Shown here: positions 41,798-51,473 of the stretch, piece by piece
How positions within the stretch are numbered: position 1 is the stretch's first letter
Layout: each line of letters starts with the position of its first letter
Source of the DNA: an uncultured Clostridia bacterium
GTDB taxonomy: Bacteria; Bacillota; Clostridia; TANB77; CAG-508
NCBI GenBank assembly: GCA_947626765.1
Contig: CANQTQ010000001.1
Coordinates: forward strand, 28,122 to 92,121
DNA: 64,000 nt
Reading direction: 5' to 3'
Notes under the pieces: generated by a model
What the model saw: the letters and a program-made list of their open reading frames with translations, nothing else
Database searches by the model: none
What the model was told of the DNA's origin: nothing
Program-made: the position numbers and the translations under genes

Positions 41798-44251
41798 ATG
41801 GAAGCAAATGAGCAAAAAAGAAATGACGGAAAAATAATAGAACGTGACATAGAAAAAGAAATGCGTACTGCTTATATTGATTATGCTATGAGTGTTATTG
41901 TATCTAGAGCACTTCCAGATGTAAGAGATGGATTAAAACCAGTTCATAGAAGAATTTTATACTCTATGTATGAAGATGGTATTACATCAGACAAGCCATA
42001 TAGAAAATGTGCAAATACTGTAGGTTCTGTTTTAGGTAGATATCATCCACATGGAGATTCTTCTGTATATGATGCTATGGTCAGATTAGCACAAGACTTT
42101 ACGCAAAGATATCCTTTAATTGATGGACATGGAAATTTTGGATCTGTTGATGGAGATAGCCCAGCTGCTATGAGGTACACAGAAGCAAGAATGGCTAAAA
42201 TTGCAGAAACAATGCTTACTGATATAGAAAAAAATACAGTAAATTTTATGCCAAACTATGATGATAGATTACAAGAACCAACTGTACTTCCTGCAAAAAT
42301 ACCTACATTATTAATTAATGGTTCATCTGGTATTGCAGTAGGAATGGCAACAAATATTCCACCACATAATTTAACAGAAGTAATAAATGGAATTATAAAA
42401 ATTATAGATGAAGATAATGTTACAGATGAAGAATTAATGGAAGTAATAAAAGGACCTGATTTTCCTACAGAAGGAATTATATTAGGTTTAGAAGGAATTA
42501 AACAAGCCTATACAACAGGAAAAGGAAAAATAACGGTAAGAGCAGAAGCTGAAATAGAAGAAATGAGTGGAAATAGGCAAAGAATTATTGTAAATTCTCT
42601 TCCATATCAAGTAAACAAAGCAAAATTAATTGAAGATATGGCTGATTTAGTTAAAGAAAAAAGAATAGAAGGAATTTCAGAAATTAGAGATGAATCAGAT
42701 AGAGAGTCAAAAATAAGAATAGTAATTGAATTAAAAAGAGATGTAAATGCTCAAGTAATTTTAAATCAATTATATAAACATACACAACTTCAAGATACAT
42801 TTGGTATTATAATGCTTGCCTTAGTAAATGGTGAACCTAAAATATTAACGCTAAGACAATGCTTAGACTATTATATTGATCATAGAAAAGATGTAATTCT
42901 TCGTAGAACGCAATTTGACTTAGACAAAGCATTAGCAAGAGCACATATTTTAGAAGGATTGAAAATTGCCTTAGACAATATTGATGAAGTAATTGAAATT
43001 ATTCGTAATTCTTATGATGATGCAAAAGAAAGATTAATGGAAAGGTTTAAACTTTCTGAAATTCAAGCGCAAGCTATACTAGATATGAGATTAAGAACAT
43101 TATCAGGATTGCAAAGAGAAAAAATTGATGAAGAATATAATGAACTAATGAAATTAATTGAACATTTAAGAGCAGTTTTAGCAAGCGAAAGATTAGTATA
43201 TGACATTATAAAGGAAGAATTATTAGAAATAAAGCAAAAATATGGTGATGAGAGAAGAACAAAAATTGTTGCTGCAGAAGGAGAAATTAACATTGAAGAT
43301 TTAGTAAAAGAAGAACAAACCGTAATTACGTTAACACACTTTGGTTACATAAAGAGAATGCCAATAGATACATATAAAAGCCAAAAACGTGGAGGAAAAG
43401 GAATTACAGGATTAGCAACAAGAGAAGAAGACTTTGTAAAACAAATATTTACAGCCTCAACTCATGATACAATATTATTCTTTAGCAATAAAGGAAAGCT
43501 TTATAGACTAAGAGGATATGAAGTACCAGAAGCAGGAAGAACAGCAAAAGGAACTGCAATAGTTAATTTATTAAGATTAGATGCAGGAGAAAAAATATCA
43601 GCAGTTATTCCAATTTCTAACTTTGCAGAAGGAAAATATTTATTAATGGGAACTAAAAAAGGCTTCATTAAAAAAACACCATTAAATGAATTTGATTCTA
43701 GTAGAAAAACCGGTCTTTTATCTATTACACTAAGAGAAGATGACGAATTAATAGATGTTAGATTAACAGATGGTGAAGATAATGTTGTATTGGTAACTCG
43801 TGAAGGTGCTTGTATTACATTTGGAGAAAAAGATGTAAGACCAATGGGAAGAACTGCACAAGGTGTTATAGGTATTCGCTTAAATGAAGAAGATTCTGTA
43901 ATAGGAATGGAAAGCATCATTGAGGGAAATAAAAATGCTACGCTACTTGCAATTACAGAAAATGGATTTGGAAAAAGAACAGAATTAAATGAATACAGAG
44001 TTCAAACAAGAGGTGGAAAAGGCGTAACTACATATAAAATTACACCAAAAACAGGAAGCTTAGTAGGAATTCGTATTGCAACAGATGATGAAGACGTAAT
44101 GCTTATTACAGAAAACGGAACAATTATTAGATTAAGAGTAAAAGATATTAGTGTTTTAGGTAGATCAACACAAGGTGTTACACTTATGAGAACAAATGAA
44201 GGAAAGGTAGTTAGCATAGAAACTATTAATCCAGAGGAAGAAGAAAAATAA
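41798..44251 (+). CDS. gyrA: DNA gyrase subunit A
   Basis: ALPDVRDGLKPVHRRILY, HPHGDSSVYDAMVRLAQDF, AAMRYTE catalytic Tyr, C-terminal beta-pinwheel repeats. Confidence 0.95.
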   Translation: MEANEQKRNDGKIIERDIEKEMRTAYIDYAMSVIVSRALPDVRDGLKPVHRRILYSMYEDGITSDKPYRKCANTVGSVLGRYHPHGDSSVYDAMVRLAQDFTQRYPLIDGHGNFGSVDGDSPAAMRYTEARMAKIAETMLTDIEKNTVNFMPNYDDRLQEPTVLPAKIPTLLINGSSGIAVGMATNIPPHNLTEVINGIIKIIDEDNVTDEELMEVIKGPDFPTEGIILGLEGIKQAYTTGKGKITVRAEAEIEEMSGNRQRIIVNSLPYQVNKAKLIEDMADLVKEKRIEGISEIRDESDRESKIRIVIELKRDVNAQVILNQLYKHTQLQDTFGIIMLALVNGEPKILTLRQCLDYYIDHRKDVILRRTQFDLDKALARAHILEGLKIALDNIDEVIEIIRNSYDDAKERLMERFKLSEIQAQAILDMRLRTLSGLQREKIDEEYNELMKLIEHLRAVLASERLVYDIIKEELLEIKQKYGDERRTKIVAAEGEINIEDLVKEEQTVITLTHFGYIKRMPIDTYKSQKRGGKGITGLATREEDFVKQIFTASTHDTILFFSNKGKLYRLRGYEVPEAGRTAKGTAIVNLLRLDAGEKISAVIPISNFAEGKYLLMGTKKGFIKKTPLNEFDSSRKTGLLSITLREDDELIDVRLTDGEDNVVLVTREGACITFGEKDVRPMGRTAQGVIGIRLNEEDSVIGMESIIEGNKNATLLAITENGFGKRTELNEYRVQTRGGKGVTTYKITPKTGSLVGIRIATDDEDVMLITENGTIIRLRVKDISVLGRSTQGVTLMRTNEGKVVSIETINPEEEEK

Positions 44252-44253
44252 AT

Positions 44254-44296
44254 AAAAAAATACATCTCAAATTATATTTGAGGTGTATTTTTTTAT
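44254..44296. terminator. bidirectional intrinsic terminator (gyrA / loader gene)
   Basis: A run, TACATCTCAA-loop-TTGAGGTGTA, T run. Confidence 0.75.
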
Positions 44297-44321
44297 GTAA
44301 AAATTATTAAATATATTAAGT

Positions 44322-45317
44322 TTAATGAGTTAATCTAATATCATCACCAAAGAAATAACAAATATTATAGTACCCAATAATTCTAGAGACTATTCTTTCA
44401 TCATAAGCATCAAAAATATCTTGCAAACTTAAATTAGTAGAAATAATAGTTTTAGTAATTTTTTTTGAATTTAATAGTCTAGCATTTAATAAATTAAATA
44501 GCTCTACTAATTTCATATTATTAATTCCTTCTGTTCCCAAATCATCAATAATTAATAAGTCCACATTAAGCAAATGCTCATAAATGTCAGAAGAAACGTT
44601 GGATTTTCCTAAATGATAATTAATAATTGTATCTAGCATAACAGAAGAAGTTTGATATAATACAGTTTTACCTTGTTTTAATAATTCATTTGCAATACAG
44701 CTAGAAAGAAATGTTTTTCCAAGACCTGTTCTTCCTGTAAATAATAAATTTTTTTCTGATAAATCATCAAAATTAGAAATAAATTTCTTACAAATATCTA
44801 AAATTAACTTAATATTTTCTCTTGGAGAAATATCTGAACCATATTTATCTTTTGAAATTTCATTAGAATATAAATTTAAATTAAAATTATTAAAATTTTG
44901 TTTTTCTAAATTACTAATGTTAGATTTATTATATTCTATATTATAAATTTTTTGCTTTAAACAATTGCACATTTTAGAAGATTTACCATCAAAAACGTAA
45001 CCAGTATCATTACAAATTTTACATTCATAATTAGGAATAATACTTTCTGCTTCTTTACCAATAGACTTTAATATTTTTTCTTTTTGTTTTTTTAAAATAG
45101 TAATATCTGAATTTAATTTTTCAATTAGTTCTTTATTATTATTTTGAGCTAATTCTTTCATTGCAGAAAAAGCTAAAGAGCTTAATTTTTTATCAATATC
45201 AAAAAGTTCAGGAAATTTATTATATAAATTTTCTTTATTTTTTTGAGCAAACTCTTCAGCAAATATCCTTTTTTTATTATATTCAATTAATAAAGAATTA
45301 AGAGTAGAATTATTCAA
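44322..45317 (-). CDS. DnaC/DnaI-type helicase loader ATPase
   Basis: Cys cluster CKICNDTGYV...CNCL, Walker A FTGRTGLGKTFL, Walker B LLIIDDLG. Confidence 0.8.
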   Translation of the reverse strand: MNNSTLNSLLIEYNKKRIFAEEFAQKNKENLYNKFPELFDIDKKLSSLAFSAMKELAQNNNKELIEKLNSDITILKKQKEKILKSIGKEAESIIPNYECKICNDTGYVFDGKSSKMCNCLKQKIYNIEYNKSNISNLEKQNFNNFNLNLYSNEISKDKYGSDISPRENIKLILDICKKFISNFDDLSEKNLLFTGRTGLGKTFLSSCIANELLKQGKTVLYQTSSVMLDTIINYHLGKSNVSSDIYEHLLNVDLLIIDDLGTEGINNMKLVELFNLLNARLLNSKKITKTIISTNLSLQDIFDAYDERIVSRIIGYYNICYFFGDDIRLTH

Positions 45318-45335
45318 AATAAAACCTCCACTAAA

Positions 45336-46304
45336 CTAATTTTTTTTGTTTGCATATAATTCATTTAAATTACTATAAGATCTTTGATCGTATTTTTGGT
45401 ATTCAGTTTTCTTTTCTAATTGCTTTATATTTTTATTCTTTTGTTTCATATCTTCTAAAAATTTTTGAACTTGTTCTGGAGTTGTAAATTTTCTATCATG
45501 CCAATCTGTTAATAATTTATCAATATAATCAAAGCTAGGGTTTACTTTAGAAGTAGTTCTTTTTAATGCAATTTCAATTATATCAAAAGAAAAAGCGAAA
45601 TCTATAATCCATTTTTCAACATAATTAAATTCATATTGAGATAAAGGTCTAGATATATTTAATTTTTTAATAATCATATTAGCAATTTTATTTACTTTTT
45701 CTTGTTTTTCATAATATAATTCCAAATCATTATAAGTTTTAATTGAATTTTTAGACCAAGCATCTGCTACTACTTGAATATAATTTCTATGAAGAGCAGA
45801 CTTATCAAAACAATATTCAAATAAAGCAATCATAACTTCATCATCAAATTCATATTTTTTAAACCATAATTCAATATCTGGATACCATGTAGTTGGCATT
45901 AAACCAGAGAAAAATTTATTATTAATATATTCAAGAGTTTTTGCACGCTTTTGGCTTTCAGCAGATTTTTGAATTTGCTCAGCAGATAAAGAAACTCTTG
46001 GCTTATATAAATGATGTAGTTCTATTTCTTGTAAATTATTAAAAACAAATCCAGTATTTTTTCTAACAAGTACGTTTTGATCTTCCCAATATTTAATAGC
46101 ATCTTGAATTACTTTTAGAGAAAGCCCTAATTTCTTACATAAATCATTTACTTTAATATCTTTATCATATTTAGAAAGAAATAAAATATATAAATATACT
46201 TTAACAAAATCGCTATTTGCTTCTGGCAAATATTCTGTAAAAAATATATCTGGTATATTTGTATTTGAAAACAATGGCAATAAATCATTTTGCTCTAATT
46301 TCAT
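45336..46304 (-). CDS. DnaD-domain replication initiation protein (DnaB/DnaD family)
   Basis: 322 aa; the DnaD-like repeats DDEVMIALFEYCFDKSALHRNYIQVVADAWSKNSIKT and FDIIEIALKRT...YIDKLLTDWHDRKFTT. Paired with the loader ATPase. Confidence 0.75.
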   Translation of the reverse strand: MKLEQNDLLPLFSNTNIPDIFFTEYLPEANSDFVKVYLYILFLSKYDKDIKVNDLCKKLGLSLKVIQDAIKYWEDQNVLVRKNTGFVFNNLQEIELHHLYKPRVSLSAEQIQKSAESQKRAKTLEYINNKFFSGLMPTTWYPDIELWFKKYEFDDEVMIALFEYCFDKSALHRNYIQVVADAWSKNSIKTYNDLELYYEKQEKVNKIANMIIKKLNISRPLSQYEFNYVEKWIIDFAFSFDIIEIALKRTTSKVNPSFDYIDKLLTDWHDRKFTTPEQVQKFLEDMKQKNKNIKQLEKKTEYQKYDQRSYSNLNELYANKKN

Positions 46305-46379
46305 AGAGATTCCTCCAATTATTGTATTTTGAAAAAATTATATCATTTTTCTACAAAATTTACAACAAAACGAAATATA

Positions 46380-46760
46380 AAAGTAAAATAATTTTTAATA
46401 AATAAAAATGTTAAATTCTTATAAAACATAATATAAAAAAAATAAAAAATAATAAAGGAATAAAAATAATAAAATAAAAAATAAAAATTGAAAATTTAAA
46501 AATAAAAATTAAAATAAAAACTAAAATTAAAAATAGAATAAAAATTATAAATTAAAATAATAAAATCAAAAATAAAAATAATTTGAAATAAAAATAAAAA
46601 ATATAATAAAAATAAAATTAAAAAACAAAATAATAAAACAAAAAATTTAAAAATAATAAAATAATAAAATTAAAAAAAGAAAATTAAAAACATAAAAAAG
46701 TAAATTATTAAAATTAATATTAACAAATAGAAAACGAAAAAAGTAGAAAAGTAAGATATA
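46380..46760 (+). repeat. A-rich low-complexity block (inverted counterpart of the T-rich blocks at 17.7-19.9 kb)
   Basis: Runs of AAAAAT/AAAATT-type units with almost no G or C. No ORF. Confidence 0.7.
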
Positions 46761-47193
46761 AAAGTCACATAAGATAATGTAAAAAAATGTAAATTAGAAA
46801 TGATAGAAAAAATGCAAAAATATGTTCACGTATATCTAGATTGTTTTATAAAATATTAACACTAAATTTTGTATAAAATATAATAAAAATTTCAAAAATA
46901 AAAATTGTCAAAATGTAGCTAAGGTGAAAAATCCATTGTATAATTTGAAGTAAATATTATGCCATATAAATGATTAAAATTTAATAGAAAGGCAGAATAT
47001 AACAAAATTTAAAATATGAATTTGTAAAAAAAGTATTGGGATTGAATACTTTTAATAACATTTTATAATAAGTTCAAACGATATACATAACAAAGATTAT
47101 GAAAACTAACATACATCCTTATGAACTTTAAAATAATAAGGCTCATTATATAAAGTTAGTAAGAAAAACAACAGAACGAACAAAAAGACAATT

Positions 47194-47478
47194 TTATTGC
47201 TTCGAATATAAATATAACTTTGGACTCTTAATATAATGTATAATATATACTAAAATATATACTATATTTTCATGATTAAAACCGATTATGCTAAACAAAA
47301 AAATTGGAAAGCAGAATAGTATAAACACAAATATTTTTACATTTAAATTTTTGAAAAATAAATTTATCAAAATAAAAATAATAGCATCCCAAATAATATT
47401 TAATATTAAAGATGAATAATCTAAAATTCCAAATAATTTATTTTTAAAATTATAATTTTGTGGAAAAATAAATTTCAT
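47194..47478 (-). CDS. PrgI/VirB3-like small membrane protein
   Basis: 94 aa from the ATG after GAGGAG (the track start is 15 nt upstream). MKFIFPQNYNFKNKLFGILDYSSLILNIIW plus two TM helices, as in PrgI/TcpE-type T4SS components. Confidence 0.5.
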   Translation of the reverse strand: MKFIFPQNYNFKNKLFGILDYSSLILNIIWDAIIFILINLFFKNLNVKIFVFILFCFPIFLFSIIGFNHENIVYILVYIIHYIKSPKLYLYSKQ

Positions 47479-47493
47479 AATTAATCTCCTCAT

Positions 47494-47672
47494 ATAAAAA
47501 TTAAATAAAATATAAATTAAATTATAAATATTATTTAAAATAATAAATTTATAATAATTAAAAAATAAATAATAAATAATAAATAGTAAATAATGAATAA
47601 TAAAATAAACAATAGAATAAATAATAAAATAAAAATTATAAATTTAATATTAATAAAATAAATTTATCTTTA
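47494..47672 (+). repeat. A-rich low-complexity block with ~7-nt AAATAAT-type periodicity
   Basis: AAATAATAAATAATAAATAGTAAATAATGAATAATAAAATAAAC... It lies between the VirB6-like and PrgI-like genes. Confidence 0.7.
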
Positions 47673-48557
47673 TTATATATTTTTTAATGTATTAGCTCCA
47701 ATTTGCAAATTATTAGAAACATCAGTAGAAATTCCTCCAATTAAAGTTCTTATATATGAATTAGCATGAATTAAAGCATAAATACCGCCAATATAAATTA
47801 ATTTAGAAAGAATGTTTTCACTTTGATATGGTACAGAAAAAATAATTAATAAAATAATTGAAATAAAAGATTGTTGTAATAATAAGGATAAAATTGTTCT
47901 GAACCACGTTTTAAAAAGCCAAGAAGTAGAACTATTTATTAAACTTAAAATAGCAAATGGAGTTAATAAGATAAATATTTTTATTAAAATAAAGCGCAAA
48001 GAATATGAAAAAATTAAATTAAATAAACCTATTGAAATAAAACTTTTTATCATTCCATCAAATGAAAATACAGTAAAACTTTCTTCATTAATAGAAATAT
48101 AATTATTTAATTGAGTAATTAATCCTGAAAAAGAAATTTCGCTTCCTAAAATTTTTCCTCCAATATTTCTAATTGCATCAGAAATAAAACTATTAAGTTC
48201 TAAAAATTGCTTACAAATTAAGTAGGAGCAATTCATAACAATTCCAAAAATTAATAATTTAAATACAAATTGAAAAGGTCTTTCTATTTGTAAGTTCATA
48301 TAATAAGAATATAATAATCTAATTGCATAATATAAACTAAAACCAAACAGCAAGGAATTTGCAATTAAAAGCAAACCATTTGAAGAATTTGTACCAAATA
48401 ATTTTTCAAAAATAGAATCAGTTAAAATATTACTATTAACAAAAGTAATTTCATCTAATATTTTATAAACACTATTATCAATAGAAGAAAATAAAGTTTG
48501 AAAAATAGAATTAATAGTTTGAATAATTGTATTAGTTAAAGAAGTAGGATCTTCCAA
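47673..48557 (-). CDS. VirB6/TrbL-like polytopic membrane protein
   Basis: 294 aa with 6 or more predicted TM helices. The call rests on its position between the VirB2-like and VirB3-like genes. Confidence 0.5.
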   Translation of the reverse strand: MEDPTSLTNTIIQTINSIFQTLFSSIDNSVYKILDEITFVNSNILTDSIFEKLFGTNSSNGLLLIANSLLFGFSLYYAIRLLYSYYMNLQIERPFQFVFKLLIFGIVMNCSYLICKQFLELNSFISDAIRNIGGKILGSEISFSGLITQLNNYISINEESFTVFSFDGMIKSFISIGLFNLIFSYSLRFILIKIFILLTPFAILSLINSSTSWLFKTWFRTILSLLLQQSFISIILLIIFSVPYQSENILSKLIYIGGIYALIHANSYIRTLIGGISTDVSNNLQIGANTLKNI

Positions 48558-48569
48558 AAACAGCGCCTC

Positions 48570-48926
48570 CTATTTTAATAATGTTTGAATTGCAGATAAA
48601 ACTAAATCTAAAACAAGAATAAAAGCATATGAAAATAAAGTACTTCTAATTAATTTTTTGGCAATTCTTATTCTTTCTTCATCTCCAAAACTAAACTTTT
48701 GCATAAAAACGCCAACAGCTATTGCAACTGCAGCTGCAGGAGTAGCAAGCTTTAGCAGCCAACTTTCAATTTGCTCAAATGTAGAATTTAATTTGTCTAC
48801 AATTTGTGGATTTCCATCAAATAAACCAGCATAAACTGGAGAATAAAAAAATACATAAAAAATCATAAATAAAAATAATATTTTTATAAAAAAATTTTGA
48901 TTGAATTTTAATTTTTTTGTAAACAT
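48570..48926 (-). CDS. VirB2/TrbC-like pilin-type protein
   Basis: 118 aa: signal peptide ending VYA, then two hydrophobic helices (ATPAAAVAIAVGVFM, LFSYAFILVLDLVLSAI). Confidence 0.5.
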   Translation of the reverse strand: MFTKKLKFNQNFFIKILFLFMIFYVFFYSPVYAGLFDGNPQIVDKLNSTFEQIESWLLKLATPAAAVAIAVGVFMQKFSFGDEERIRIAKKLIRSTLFSYAFILVLDLVLSAIQTLLK

Positions 48927-48958
48927 AAAATCACTCCTTGAAATAAATTTTGAATTAA

Positions 48959-50683
48959 TTATTTAAAATATGGAAATAAATTAATTTTTTGTGGGTGAAT
49001 TATTTTAGAACCATCAGAAAGAAATGCTAGGCAGGAAAAATTTTTAAGTGATTGCGTAAAAAAGTTTGTATCATATACAAAATCAGAATAAATATGAGTA
49101 TTAATAGTTTCTGATATACTAGAATTTTTAGAATTCAATGAATTAGTAAAATAGCTAAAAACAGTTTCTTTAGCATTTTCTGAAAAGCCTCTTGAGATTT
49201 TTTCTTTATCTTCTTTTCCAATCTGTTTTTGTGCAGTTTCAATTGTAAAAATATCATCATTACGAAACCATAATTTATTAATTAAATTTTGAATAATAAC
49301 ATTAACAGCAGCTTGATTATGTAAAGTATTAAGAAGCGAAGTATAGCTTTGAGTAGCAACAATATTAATACATTTAGCTTCTCTACTTTGAGAAAAAAAG
49401 TTAGCATCTGTTTCTGTACAATATTCCGAATATTCATCTGAAATAAAACAAACACTTCTAAAATTAGAATAATTATTTTTGGCTAATCTTGACATAACAT
49501 CAGTTTGAAAATCTAATTTTAAATATGCAGCAATTATTTTTGATAGACTAGAATATTCATTGATATTCATGTTTAAAACTACAATTTTACCTTTAGAAAG
49601 AACTTCTTCGAAACCAAAAAAATTTAATTCTTCTTTACTAGGGTTAAATGTTTTTAAAACATCATAATCAGATATAAAACAATTTGTAATACGAGTAATT
49701 TCAGATTTTAAAATAGATAATGTTCTATCATCTAATGATAAAAATTCTTTTTGAAAGAAAGTTATAGCAGAAAGCAAATCATAAATTTGGTTATTAGAAA
49801 ATTCATTTTGAAAAAACTTTTCACGTAATAAGTTAACTTTTTCTAAATAATAATCTGGAATTGTTACTAATTTATGTAATTCTTGAAAAGTAACATAATT
49901 ATCATTATATAGCCTACAAAGTTTAATACATTCTTCTAAAATTTGAGAAGCTTTATCAAGCCAGTAAGATTCAGTATTATTCTTAGAAAAAAGTAATAAA
50001 ATTGTTTTTAAACGATTTGCTAATATAGAGGGTTTTAAATTTGGTTTATGTAAAGGATTATATTTGTATTTACCATTTAATTCAATAGTAATAACATCAT
50101 TTTCTCTATTAAATTCTTGTGCAAACTCTAGTACTTTTTTGTGATAATTTCCTTTTACATCTAAAATAAGCATACCAAGTTTTTCATTTTCAACATTATG
50201 CAAATAGCCAATTAATTGCTTAGTAAATGGATACATTGCACTACTAGTTTTTCCTGTTCCAATAGTTCCTGTGATTAAAATATTTTGATATAAACTTTTT
50301 TCGGGTAAATATATTAAACTTTTTTCTTGTTCAGTTTCACCAACTAATAATCTTAAAGAATTATCTAATTCCAAATTTATGAAAGAAGTTGAACTCTTTT
50401 GCTTTTTAATTTTAGGTTTATATTTTTTTGAATTTTTTAAAGATTTATGAAAAAGTAACTGATATATTGTATTAGAAAAAAAGAAGGAAGAAAAAATATA
50501 AGTAAAACAAAACCAAATTTTACAATATTTCCATAAAACAGGTTGTTCTATACAAATATCAAAAGAATGAAGCCCATAATCTACTATAATATGATTTTTA
50601 TTATAAAGTGGAATAAAAATTTGAAAACCAATAAAACAAAATAAAGACATAAAAAATAAAGTAAATAAGATACGTTTTAACAA
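48959..50683 (-). CDS. type IV coupling protein (VirD4/TraG/TraD family ATPase)
   Basis: N-terminal TM helices, Walker A ITGTIGTGKTSS, Walker B CFISDEYSEY, NIVATQSY. Confidence 0.7.
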   Translation of the reverse strand: MLKRILFTLFFMSLFCFIGFQIFIPLYNKNHIIVDYGLHSFDICIEQPVLWKYCKIWFCFTYIFSSFFFSNTIYQLLFHKSLKNSKKYKPKIKKQKSSTSFINLELDNSLRLLVGETEQEKSLIYLPEKSLYQNILITGTIGTGKTSSAMYPFTKQLIGYLHNVENEKLGMLILDVKGNYHKKVLEFAQEFNRENDVITIELNGKYKYNPLHKPNLKPSILANRLKTILLLFSKNNTESYWLDKASQILEECIKLCRLYNDNYVTFQELHKLVTIPDYYLEKVNLLREKFFQNEFSNNQIYDLLSAITFFQKEFLSLDDRTLSILKSEITRITNCFISDYDVLKTFNPSKEELNFFGFEEVLSKGKIVVLNMNINEYSSLSKIIAAYLKLDFQTDVMSRLAKNNYSNFRSVCFISDEYSEYCTETDANFFSQSREAKCINIVATQSYTSLLNTLHNQAAVNVIIQNLINKLWFRNDDIFTIETAQKQIGKEDKEKISRGFSENAKETVFSYFTNSLNSKNSSISETINTHIYSDFVYDTNFFTQSLKNFSCLAFLSDGSKIIHPQKINLFPYFK

Positions 50684-50943
50684 TAAAAAGCCTCCTATTT
50701 TAATAGATTTGTTTTTAATTTTAACTTAGAACCTTGTAAATTGTGAAATATTTTTACCTCGAAAAAAGTATATAATGAATAAAAAAAGATAAAAGAATTG
50801 ATAATAAGAAGTATGAAAAAATAATCAATTAATTCTATTTTATATCACCTCACTTTTTTTATAATATAACAAATTTTAAAATTTGTCTATACTTTTTTAT
50901 AAAAATATGATAAAATAAAATATGGTTTGGAAAGGAGAATACT

Positions 50944-51129
50944 ATGGAAATAAAAAAAGATATGACAATAGGTGAGTTATTAGAAACTTCACCAGAAAAA
51001 GCAGAAATTTTATTAGAAGCTGGAATGCACTGTTTAGGATGTCCTGCTTCTCAAGCAGAAACTATAGAAGAAGCTTGTGAAGTACATGGAATTGATGTAG
51101 AAGAAATTATAGAGAAATTAAATGCATAA
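50944..51129 (+). CDS. DUF1858 domain protein (hybrid-cluster-protein-associated redox disulfide type)
   Basis: 61 aa; MTIGELLETSPEKAEILLEAGMHCLGCPASQAETIEEAC. Confidence 0.75.
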   Translation: MEIKKDMTIGELLETSPEKAEILLEAGMHCLGCPASQAETIEEACEVHGIDVEEIIEKLNA

Positions 51130-51193
51130 AATTACAAACTCATAATAAAATATAATTTTTAGATATTTTTCCCTATAAATTTTAAAAAATGTA

Positions 51194-51222
51194 TTGACAA
51201 ATAATATAAAATAGTTTAAAAT
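51194..51222 (+). promoter_or_regulatory. sigma-A type promoter of the tRNA cluster
   Basis: TTGACA, 17 bp spacer, TAAAAT. Confidence 0.6.
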
Positions 51223-51265
51223 AAAGCTTGTGTTAACTCAAACGAGAGTTGCAAGCTTGAGACTT

Positions 51266-51341
51266 GGGTCATTAGCTCAGGTGGTAGAGCACTTGACTTT
51301 TAATCAAGTTGTCCGCGGTTCGAGTCCGCGATGGCTCACCA
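51266..51341 (+). tRNA. tRNA-Lys(UUU)
   Basis: Cloverleaf with anticodon arm CTTGA-CTTTTAA-TCAAG and T arm CGCGG-TTCGAGT-CCGCG. Two G.U pairs in the acceptor stem. Encoded CCA. Confidence 0.9.
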
Positions 51342-51392
51342 ACTCTAGGGTTTAAGCATATAAACTTAAATCCTAGAAAAGTTTTATATCAT

Positions 51393-51467
51393 GGCCCCGT
51401 GGTCAAGCGGTTAAGACATCGCCCTTTCACGGCGGAGACATGGGTTCGATTCCCGTCGGGGTCACCA
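51393..51467 (+). tRNA. tRNA-Glu(UUC)
   Basis: GGCCCCGTGGTCAAGCGGTTAAGACATCGCCCTTTCACGGCGG..., typical Firmicute tRNA-Glu with loop CTTTCAC. Confidence 0.9.
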
Positions 51468-51473
51468 ACATAT

